From positions 1 to 64,000 of the forward strand of contig JAKFCT010000080.1 in the NCBI GenBank assembly GCA_036676495.1: a DNA stretch of 64,000 nucleotides, read 5' to 3'. The position numbers were made by a program, and so were the translations under genes. The notes beneath the pieces were generated by a model that worked only from the letters and a program-made list of their open reading frames with translations, was not told the origin of the DNA and did no database searches. Below, in pieces: positions 9,825 to 18,000 of this stretch; position 1 is the stretch's first letter, and every line of letters begins with the position of its first letter. Origin of the DNA: Candidatus Sericytochromatia bacterium. Lineage in GTDB: Bacteria > Cyanobacteriota > Sericytochromatia > S15B-MN24 > UBA4093.

Positions 9825-10748
9825 TTGGGTTTTTCATTGCTCGTCCGCCCTCTGGCGGCCTCTTTCCTGGCTCTCGCGCTCATCAGCGGGCCCTCACAGG
9901 CTTCCGAACTGCCTTTGCAGGGGGCAGCCCAGCGGGCGCTGGGGGATCGAGCGGGCTGTCTGGTGGCGTTGGATGCCCGGGACGGAAGCCTGAGGGCCGT
10001 GGTCAACCCGAAGGTCGCGGCTGGGACGGCGTATCCCGTGGGCTCGCTGGCCAAGCTGGTGACGGGACTGGCGGCGCTGGAGGCCGGCTTGACCGATGGG
10101 GCCCGGCGGCTTCCGTGCAAGGGCAAGTTCGAGCGCTGGAAATGCTGGCGGGCGCACGGGGATCAGACCCTCGAGGAGGCGATCGCCAACTCCTGCTCCA
10201 GCTATTTCTTCGCGGTTGGCCGCGAGCTGGGCGCGCGCCGGATGAACCGCGCCTTCAGCGAGGCGGGCTTCGGGCGCCTCACCGGCAGCGACCTTCCCGG
10301 CGAGGTGGCGGGCACGCTCACTCCCGCCCGGACCCGGGCCGATCTCACCGAACTCGCCTATGGCGACACGTCCGCGTTGCTCGCGACGCCGTTGCAGGTG
10401 GCCAGCTGGGTGGGGGCGATCGCCAACGGCGGAACCCGCTACGCCCCTCACTTCGACTCCTCTCCGTCGCGCGTCCTGGGGACCCTGACCGGAAAAGGGG
10501 GGCTCGACCTCATCCGGACGGGAATGCGCCGTGCGGTGCTGGAAGGTTCGGCCAAGGGAGCGGACGTCCCTCGGCTCTCGGTACACGGGAAGACCGGAAC
10601 CTCGACGCAACTGAATGCCACTCACCGCCAGCATGGCTGGTTCGTGGGCTTCGCCGACGGGCTGGTTTTGGTGGTCTTCGTCAAGGACGGCAACGGTTAC
10701 GAGGATGCCGCCCCCATCGCCCGCGAGGTCTTCGCTGCATGGCCTTGA
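9825..10748 (+). CDS. Penicillin-binding transpeptidase domain-only protein
   Basis: GSLAK (SxxK), NSCS (SxN variant), GKTGT (KTG), ATPLQVA, HGWFVG; signal peptide, no dimerisation or transglycosylase domain. Confidence 0.88.
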   Translation: MGFSLLVRPLAASFLALALISGPSQASELPLQGAAQRALGDRAGCLVALDARDGSLRAVVNPKVAAGTAYPVGSLAKLVTGLAALEAGLTDGARRLPCKGKFERWKCWRAHGDQTLEEAIANSCSSYFFAVGRELGARRMNRAFSEAGFGRLTGSDLPGEVAGTLTPARTRADLTELAYGDTSALLATPLQVASWVGAIANGGTRYAPHFDSSPSRVLGTLTGKGGLDLIRTGMRRAVLEGSAKGADVPRLSVHGKTGTSTQLNATHRQHGWFVGFADGLVLVVFVKDGNGYEDAAPIAREVFAAWP

Positions 10749-11848
10749 GAACGCTGCTTTTCACCCTACTGCTCGCCTGGGGAGTCGCCCTCGGCCTGGC
10801 GTTGCCGGCAACGGCCCAGCAGCGCAGCGTCGAGGTGCGGATCCTGGAGCGCTGGGTGGGAAGGGTCGTGGAGGTCGAGGCTCCCCGGGGAGCCGTCGTG
10901 CTGCGGGGGCGGCCCGTTCCGGGACGCGTCAAGCTGGAGGCCCGGGGCCACCAGCTCTGGCTCAACAACCAGCTCGTGCTGGGAGCGAACCTCGAGATCG
11001 GGCGTCCCATCGAGTCCAGCCAGTTCGAGATTCGCTGGGAAGGGCGCAAGCGCAAGTACCCCGGCATGCTTCGGGTTCGCGCGAATGATGGCCAGCTCGT
11101 CCTGGTCAACGAGGTCCCGCTGGAAGTTTACGTGGCTGGGGTCGTGAGCGCCGAGATGCCGGAGAGCTGGCCCTTGGCCGCCCTGCGCGCTCAGGCCGTG
11201 CTGGCCCGGACGCTGGGCCTGAAAGGCGGCGACCATCCGGGCGGCATGCTCTGCGACTTGACCCATTGTCAGGTTTACACGGGAGAGCGAAACGCGGATG
11301 CGCTTCAGGTGGCCCAAGAGACGCGCGGGCGGGTGCTGACCTATCAGGGAAGCCTGATTCAGCCGCTCTTCCATTCGACGTGCGGGGGCGAGCGGGTCTC
11401 GAACGCCCTGGCGTTCGGGGGAGCGGCCCTTCCGTATCTTCAGGAAGGCTCGGATCCGTATTGCGGGGACTCGCCCCATGCGGCGGGCTGGAGCGTCCGG
11501 GTGCTCGATTCCGAGCTGGCCCAGGCCCTCGACATGCCCAGAATCCAGTCCTTAGCGGTCCTTTCCCGCACCGAAGGGGGCTGGGTGGCCCAGGTCGGGG
11601 TGGACGGGCGAAAGATGACGGGTTATCGGCTCTGGCAGGCGATCGGCCGGGAGCTCGGCTGGGGAGTGCTGAAGAGCATGCGCTTTTCGGTACGCCGGGA
11701 AGGCCATGCCTTTGTCTTCGAGGGCAAGGGGCTGGGCCACGGGGTCGGGCTTTGCCAGTGGGGCGCCCGGGGGCAGGCGGCGAAGGGGATTCCCTACGCG
11801 CGGATATTGGCGTCGTACTTTCCGGGGACGGCGATCGCCCGCCGGTAG
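10739..11848 (+). CDS. SpoIID/LytB family lytic transglycosylase
   Basis: YVAGVVSAEMP...ALRAQAVLART, CDLTHCQVY, FHSTCGG, GHGVGLCQWGA; signal peptide; start overlaps the PBP end. Confidence 0.92.
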   Translation: MALRTLLFTLLLAWGVALGLALPATAQQRSVEVRILERWVGRVVEVEAPRGAVVLRGRPVPGRVKLEARGHQLWLNNQLVLGANLEIGRPIESSQFEIRWEGRKRKYPGMLRVRANDGQLVLVNEVPLEVYVAGVVSAEMPESWPLAALRAQAVLARTLGLKGGDHPGGMLCDLTHCQVYTGERNADALQVAQETRGRVLTYQGSLIQPLFHSTCGGERVSNALAFGGAALPYLQEGSDPYCGDSPHAAGWSVRVLDSELAQALDMPRIQSLAVLSRTEGGWVAQVGVDGRKMTGYRLWQAIGRELGWGVLKSMRFSVRREGHAFVFEGKGLGHGVGLCQWGARGQAAKGIPYARILASYFPGTAIARR

Positions 11849-11852
11849 AGAA

Positions 11853-11877
11853 TTGTCCCCCCGTCAAGGGGGGACAA
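11853..11877. terminator. Hairpin between convergent SpoIID and GNAT genes
   Basis: TTGTCCCCCC-GTCAA-GGGGGGACAA perfect 10-bp stem. Confidence 0.65.
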
Positions 11878-11888
11878 AAATCGAGGGC

Positions 11889-12398
11889 CTACGCGAGGCT
11901 CGCGAAAGGCTCGGGGTAACGGATCGAGCCGCTCACGCCGGACAAGGCGCCGGGCACCAGTTCGAGGGCCATGTAGGCTGCACCCAGCTCGGAGTACGGG
12001 CTCTTGAGGGCCTGACCCTTCGCCGATGAGAAGCCGAAGCGCGGGTAGTAGTCGGGGTGTCCCAGCACGACGACGACCGTGTAGCCCCGCTCGCGGCACA
12101 GGGCGAGCCCGCGCTCGACGAGGGCCGTCCCGACGCCTCTACCCTGGAAATCCGGCGTGACCGCCATGGGAGCCAACGCCGCCGCCTTGATCTTGCCTCC
12201 CGTCGTCTCGGCTTGCAGCCTGCTGAACAGAAGATGCCCCACGACTTCCCCGTCTACCTGAGCCACGAGCGAAAGGACGACGTCGCCGGAGGCGCGGAGG
12301 GCGTCGATGAGCTGGCCTTCGGCATCACCGCCGAAGGCCTGGCGGTTGATGTCTCGGATGATGGCGATGTCTGCGGGGGTTTCTTCTCGTATCAGCAT
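11889..12398 (-). CDS. GNAT family N-acetyltransferase (YhbS-like)
   Basis: IREETPAD, LAPMAVTPDFQGRGVGTAL, VLGHPDYYPRFGF. Confidence 0.92.
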   Translation of the reverse strand: MLIREETPADIAIIRDINRQAFGGDAEGQLIDALRASGDVVLSLVAQVDGEVVGHLLFSRLQAETTGGKIKAAALAPMAVTPDFQGRGVGTALVERGLALCRERGYTVVVVLGHPDYYPRFGFSSAKGQALKSPYSELGAAYMALELVPGALSGVSGSIRYPEPFASLA

Positions 12399-12542
12399 GG
12401 CGAACCTCGTGCGTGTATTTGGACCATGCATTGTAACAGACCTGAGGCGTTTTTTTGAGCCGCGGACGAGCGAGCGTCGCGCGACGGAGGCCGGATCGCG
12501 GGGACATGAGGACGGGAGCGCCTGCGGGAATCTACGGATAGG

Positions 12543-12562
12543 AAACTAACGAACGTTAGTTT
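12543..12562. promoter_or_regulatory. Putative TetR operator
   Basis: Perfect inverted repeat AAACTAACG-AA-CGTTAGTTT between divergent GNAT and TetR genes. Confidence 0.7.
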
Positions 12563-12620
12563 ATAGTCGAGCCATCGGAGCGAATCCCCCTCCGATTGAC
12601 CGTGGAAGTGAGCGATCGCC

Positions 12621-13259
12621 ATGTCACCCACCCGTCCCCGGGGCGCGACCCCGACCAAGCAGCGCATCTTCGAGGCGGCCGTCGAGCTGTTTTCCTGCGA
12701 GGGCTACAGCGCCGTCTCGGTCCGCGACCTGACCCGCGCGGTCGGGATTAAGGAAAGCTCGCTCTACAACCACTTCGCGAGCAAGGAAGCCATCCTGGAG
12801 GCCATCTACCAGCACTTCCAGGCGGAAATGGCCAAGGTCAGGCCGCCATCGAACCTTTCCGACCTCATCGCGACCGTTCCCACCGAGTTCCTGCTCAGGA
12901 AGGGCTTCGAGCGCTTCCTCGAGGTGGCCGACACCCCGCTCATGGCCCGCATCTACCGGATCCTCGTGGTCGAGCAGTTCCGCGACCCGCGCGCCTGCGA
13001 CCTCATGGAGGGGCTCTTCGAGTTTCCGCTGGCCGCGGCCACGCAGCTCTTCGAGGCGATGGCGCAGGCCGCGTCCTCGCTCGGCACGGCGAGGCAGCTC
13101 GCCATCACCTACCAGTACGCCCTGCATGCCCTCGTCGCCCAGTACAGCCTCAAGAAGCACCACGGCCAGGACACCCGCGAGATCGAGCAGCGCATCTCCG
13201 AGCACATCGCCGGAACGGCCGCGCTGATCGATCGCCTTCTCAAAGGAGCCTCGCAATGA
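12621..13259 (+). CDS. TetR/AcrR family transcriptional regulator
   Basis: TKQRIFEAAVELF...GIKESSLYNHFASKEAI HTH. Confidence 0.95.
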   Translation: MSPTRPRGATPTKQRIFEAAVELFSCEGYSAVSVRDLTRAVGIKESSLYNHFASKEAILEAIYQHFQAEMAKVRPPSNLSDLIATVPTEFLLRKGFERFLEVADTPLMARIYRILVVEQFRDPRACDLMEGLFEFPLAAATQLFEAMAQAASSLGTARQLAITYQYALHALVAQYSLKKHHGQDTREIEQRISEHIAGTAALIDRLLKGASQ

Positions 13260-14200
13260 AGAAGCCCTTCGTCGTCGCCAGCCTGCTCTCCGCGTTGCTC
13301 ATTCTGCCCGGTTGCCGGGAGGACAAGCACGGCTCCATCTACGTCACCCCCGAGAACGAAGCCAAGATCATGGCGCTCTACGACGGCCGCCTTGCTGATT
13401 GGCCGGTCGCCTACGAGGCCTTCTCGGTGCCGACCCGCTACGGAAAGACCCATGTGCTCGCGAGCGGTCCCAAGGACGCTCCGCCCGTGCTCCTGATCCA
13501 CGCCATGGGCATCACCGCCACCATGTGGCAACCCAACATCGCGGAACTCAGCCGGAACTACCGCGTCTACGCCATTGACACCATCGGAGACCTCGGGCGC
13601 AGCAAGCTGGACACGCTCGACCACTACCCGGGGGATGGCCGCGCCTACGCCCTCTGGCTCAATGACGTCATGGATCGCCTGGAGATCGAGCGCACCCACG
13701 TCGTGGCGGCCTCGATGGGCGGCTGGATTTCCATGAACTTCGCTGCCGACTATCCCCAGCGGGTCCGCAGCCTCGCCCTGCTCGGGCCTCTGGGGTTCAA
13801 CTCCGCGAAGGACGTGATCTTCCGCCTAATGCAGATGGTCCTCATCCCCACCCGTGAAAACAAGGAAGCCTTTACCTACTGGGTCCTCGGGGAGCATCCC
13901 GTCGTGCGCAAGGCCTACACGGAGTACATGACCACCGCCTTGGATTGCCGCAGCAAGCTCGGAACCCCGGGCGACCTCTCCGACGAGCAGTTGCGGCGCC
14001 TCTCCGTCCCCGTGCTCGTCATGCTAGGGGGGAAGGACAATCCCATCGGGGATGCCCAGCGGGCCTCGGAGCGCGCACGGCGGCTGATCCCGCAGGTCGA
14101 GGTGGAGATCTTTCCGAATTCGGGCCACCTGGTCAACACCGAGCATCCCGAGCAGGTCAACGCTCGCATCCTGGAGTTCTTCGAAGCGGCTTCGCGCTGA
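13256..14200 (+). CDS. Alpha/beta hydrolase, probable lipoprotein
   Basis: Lipobox LPGC; nucleophile elbow ASMGG, GGKD acid, SGHL catalytic His; ATGA overlap with TetR. Confidence 0.88.
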   Translation: MKKPFVVASLLSALLILPGCREDKHGSIYVTPENEAKIMALYDGRLADWPVAYEAFSVPTRYGKTHVLASGPKDAPPVLLIHAMGITATMWQPNIAELSRNYRVYAIDTIGDLGRSKLDTLDHYPGDGRAYALWLNDVMDRLEIERTHVVAASMGGWISMNFAADYPQRVRSLALLGPLGFNSAKDVIFRLMQMVLIPTRENKEAFTYWVLGEHPVVRKAYTEYMTTALDCRSKLGTPGDLSDEQLRRLSVPVLVMLGGKDNPIGDAQRASERARRLIPQVEVEIFPNSGHLVNTEHPEQVNARILEFFEAASR

Positions 14201-14239
14201 CGGGCGGGAGTCCAGTGAGCGCCACATGCCTCCGGGGGT

Positions 14240-14315
14240 CTGGATTCCCGCTTTCGCGCGAATGACGCTCAAGTATGCGGGGGCTGGATTCCCGCTTTCG
14301 CGGGAATGACGCTCA
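14240..14315. repeat. Two tandem REP-like palindromic units
   Basis: CTGGATTCCCGCTTTCGCG(C/G)GAATGACGCTCA at 14240 and 14284; the same unit recurs at 31404-31602. Confidence 0.8.
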
Positions 14316-14387
14316 TGCGGGCGAGGGTGACTTGACGACGTAAGCGGGTTGCGGGGGATAATGGTTGCCTGCATGTGAGGAGGAGAG

Positions 14388-15011
14388 GTGGCATTGCGCT
14401 GGCAACTCATGGGCTCGCTGCTGGTGACGGGGCTCCTGGGAACCCCGGCTTTTGCATTGCCGCTTCACGGCTACCAGCACGACCGAGCGCTCGCCCGCGA
14501 GGCCCATGCCATCGCCGTTCAGGCGGCCAAAGCCTATCTCTTCGAGGGGAAGAAACCCTCTGGCTTGCCGGCAAAACTGGACCCGCGTCTGAAAGTCCCC
14601 GGGGGAGCCTTCGTCACCATCACGATCGGCGGTGAGACCCGCGGCTGCTGGGGGACGGTTCATCCGCAGCGCCCCTTCCTGGCCCAGGAGATCGCCGTGG
14701 CGGCGGTCAAGGCCTTGAGGGTCGATTATCGCCACCGTCCCATCGCCCGTCACGAATGGTCCGAGCTCGACTTCTACGTCTCGCTGGTCGGCCCCCTGGA
14801 GCCCGTGAGCAACGCCGCTTCCATCCGCCCCAAGTACGACGGCCTCTTCGTCACCAGCGGGAGCCGGGGAGGAGTCCTCTTGCCCGGGGAGGCCAAGACC
14901 GCCCGCTGGCAGGTGGCCGAGTGCCGCCGCAAGGCCGGCCTGAGGCCGGACGAGCCCGCCGTCATGTTTCGTTTTCCCACCGTCGTCTACGGACCAGAGG
15001 ATGCCATCTAG
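14388..15011 (+). CDS. AMMECR1 (AmmeMemoRadiSam protein A-like) domain protein with signal peptide
   Basis: AGGAGG RBS + GTG; GAFVTI...ETRGCWG, ALRVDYRH, GLFV...GGVLLP...RKAGL AMMECR1 motifs; N-terminal h-region ending PAFA. Confidence 0.85.
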   Translation: MALRWQLMGSLLVTGLLGTPAFALPLHGYQHDRALAREAHAIAVQAAKAYLFEGKKPSGLPAKLDPRLKVPGGAFVTITIGGETRGCWGTVHPQRPFLAQEIAVAAVKALRVDYRHRPIARHEWSELDFYVSLVGPLEPVSNAASIRPKYDGLFVTSGSRGGVLLPGEAKTARWQVAECRRKAGLRPDEPAVMFRFPTVVYGPEDAI

Positions 15012-18000
15012 ATGCTGAACGCCAACGCCTCGCGCAACCCCGCCATGATCTGGCTGGTCATCCTCGTGGTCCTGCTGACGGGCTTCACGGGGGCCGGCAT
15101 TTTGGCCGCCGAGAAGCCGACCGGTTCGGTGACGGGCGTGGTCCTGGACAACGAGGGTCAGGCCCTCGCGAACGCCTCGGTCCACTTCATGGGCAACGTC
15201 AACCGCACGGCCAAGACCCGCGATGACGGCTCTTTCCGGATGGATCGCCTGCCCATCGGGCGTTACAACGTTCAGGCCCGCGACCGGGGTTACGAAGCCC
15301 AGTGGAGCAGTCCTCCCATTCTGGTCGAGGAGGGGAAGACCCTCGAAGGCCTGAAGTTCAACCTCTCTCCCCGGGCCCCGAGCCTGACGGCCGCACAGAC
15401 CCAGCGGGTCTTCACGCCCGCGGAGAAGGTGCGCATCGGCGTTCGCGGCACGCTCATCGACCGCATGCACGTCAAACTCTACCAGCTCGACCTCTCCCGG
15501 GTCGTGAAGAACTCCAACTCCTTGATGGGCCTCGTCGACCGCAACCCCGCCGAACTCGGGGAAGGCGCCCTGCTGATCCGCGAGTGGGATCGCGAGATCG
15601 GGCGCCAGGCCGCCGACGAGGACGACTGGTTCTTCCGCGCCATCGAGATCAAGGACCTGAAGCCCGGCGCCTACATGATGCAGATGGATGGGCAGAGCGA
15701 TCTGCGCCGGCCCGGCATGCCCCATACCGCCTCGGACTCCTACTGGTTCGAGGTGACCCCGATCGGCATGGTGGCCAAGCGTTCGGGTAACGAGGCCCTG
15801 GTCTACGCCGTGGACTTCCTCACCAAGAAGCCGCTCTCCGGCGTCCAGGTCAAGGCTTACGACGATCGCGGCCTGCGCTGGACGGCCACCACCAACCGGG
15901 AAGGCCTGATCCGGCGCGCCTATCAGGGCGCGGACTCGCTCCTGCTGGTCGGCATGCTCGGGGATGCGCCCGCACATGCCCAGTCGTACTACTGGTCGGG
16001 GTCCCGGGAGTTCCGGACCTTGCTCTACACCGAGCGGCCCATCTACCGCCCGGATCAGGACGTCTTCTACAAGGGCATCCTCCGGGAAGACCAGCTCGGC
16101 AAGATCGTGAACCGGGCGAACCTGCCCGTGACCGTTCAGGTGCTCGATCCCCAGGAGAACGTGGTTCACGAGCTCCATACGCGGACCAATGCCGTCGGCA
16201 CCTTCAACGGCCAGCTCAAGCTGGGCTCGGAGCCTCCCCTGGGAGACTACCGCCTGGTCGCGCTGGTGGCGGGCTCGCGCTACGAGTCGACGTTCAAGGT
16301 CCAGGAGTACCGCAAGCCCGAGTTCAAGCTCGAGGTCCAAACCCCGCAGGAGCGCTACGTCTCGGGAGAGACGGCCCAGGCGGTGGTCTCGGCCAATTAC
16401 TATTTCGGCGCGCCGGTGAGCGGCGCCAAGATCAACTACACCGTCTACTCCCGCCCCTACTCTCCGTGGGTCACGGAGGAGGACGCGTTCTACGCGAACT
16501 TCGGCGGGCTCGACGACTACGGCTGGGGCTACAGCAACGTGGTGATGCAGGGCGAGGCCACGACGGACGACGCGGGCCACGTCACCCTGAACATCCCCAC
16601 CGAGATTCAGCCGGATCCCCAGGGCGACTCCTCCGACCAGCGCTACATCGTGGAGCTGGAGGGCGTGGACGCCAGCCGTCAGGTGGTGAAGGGCAAGGGC
16701 GGCTTCCTGGTCACCCGGGGCGCCTTCACCCTGGAGACCACTCCCGACCGCTACGTTTACCGGCCCGGCGCCAAGGGCAATGTCGTCGTCCGGGCGCAGG
16801 ACTACGACGGCAAGCCCGTCTCGACCGACGTGACGGTCGAGCTGCTGCGCATCGAGACCCGCGTGCGCGAGGTGAACGACATCACCCAGTACGAGACCGT
16901 GACCCATCCCGCCGGCTCCTGGTCCGCCACGACGGATGCCCATGGGCGGGCGACGCTGGACTTCGAGATTCCGAAGGAGGGCGGGGAGTACCGCCTGCGG
17001 GCGAAGTCCCGGGATGCGGGCGGCCGCGAGATCGTGCAATCCGCCTGGCTCTGGGTGGCCGACGAGGAATGGGCCGGCAGCTCGCAAGCTTACGGCATGG
17101 TGCAGTTGACCTTCGACAAGAAGCGCTACGAGCCCGGGGACGTCGCGAAGGTGCTCGTGCAGCTACCGAATGCCGAGGTCAGCCCGCTCATCACCGTCGA
17201 GGGGCAGAGGCTGCATAGCGCCCAGGTGCTGGGGGCCGGGAAGCGGAGCCGGATCGTGGAGATCCCGGTGACGAAGGACTTTGCGCCCAACGTCTTCGTG
17301 GTGGCGTCGGTGGTGGACGGCAAGTCGTTCCACCTGGCCGAGAAGTCGCTGAACGTGACGCCGGGCGATCGCTTCCTCGACGTCCGCATCACGCCCGGCA
17401 AGGAGCGTTACCTGCCGGGTGAGGAGGCTTCCGTGACCGTCACCACCCGGACGGCGGACGGCAAGCCCGTCCCCGCCGAGGTATCCCTGGGCGTCGTCGA
17501 CGAGGCCATCTACGCGCTGGCTCCCGATGAGACCCCGGATATCCGGGCGGTCTTCCACGGGCCGCGCTGGAACCGGGTCACGACCAGCTACTCGTTCATC
17601 GAGGACTACTCGGGCGGGCCGGGCAAGGACACCGAGGAGCCGCGGGTTCGCAAGAACTTCAAGGATACGGCGGCCTGGTTCCCCACCGTGCAGACGGGTC
17701 CCGGCGGGTCGGCCTCCGTGCGCTTCATGCTGCCGGACAACCTCACCACCTGGGTGGTGACGGCCCGGGCGGTGAACGCCGAGACCCAGGTGGGCGCGGC
17801 GCGCGAGAAGTTCCTGGCCACCAAGGACCTGCTGCTGCGGATGGCGATGCCGCGCTTCATGGTGATGGGGGACAGGGTGGCGATCGCGACCTTGGTCCAT
17901 AACTACACGAAGCAGGAGCAGGAGGTTCGCCTCCAGACCGCGGCAACGAACCTCAAGTTCGATGGAGGGGCCGAGCGGACGGTCAAGGTGCCGCCGAACG

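Noticed and set aside
10115-10738. Apparent 577-aa SpoIID ORF / PBP-SpoIID fusion
   Set aside because: The upstream part is an alternate frame of the PBP gene; SpoIID has its own signal peptide from 10739
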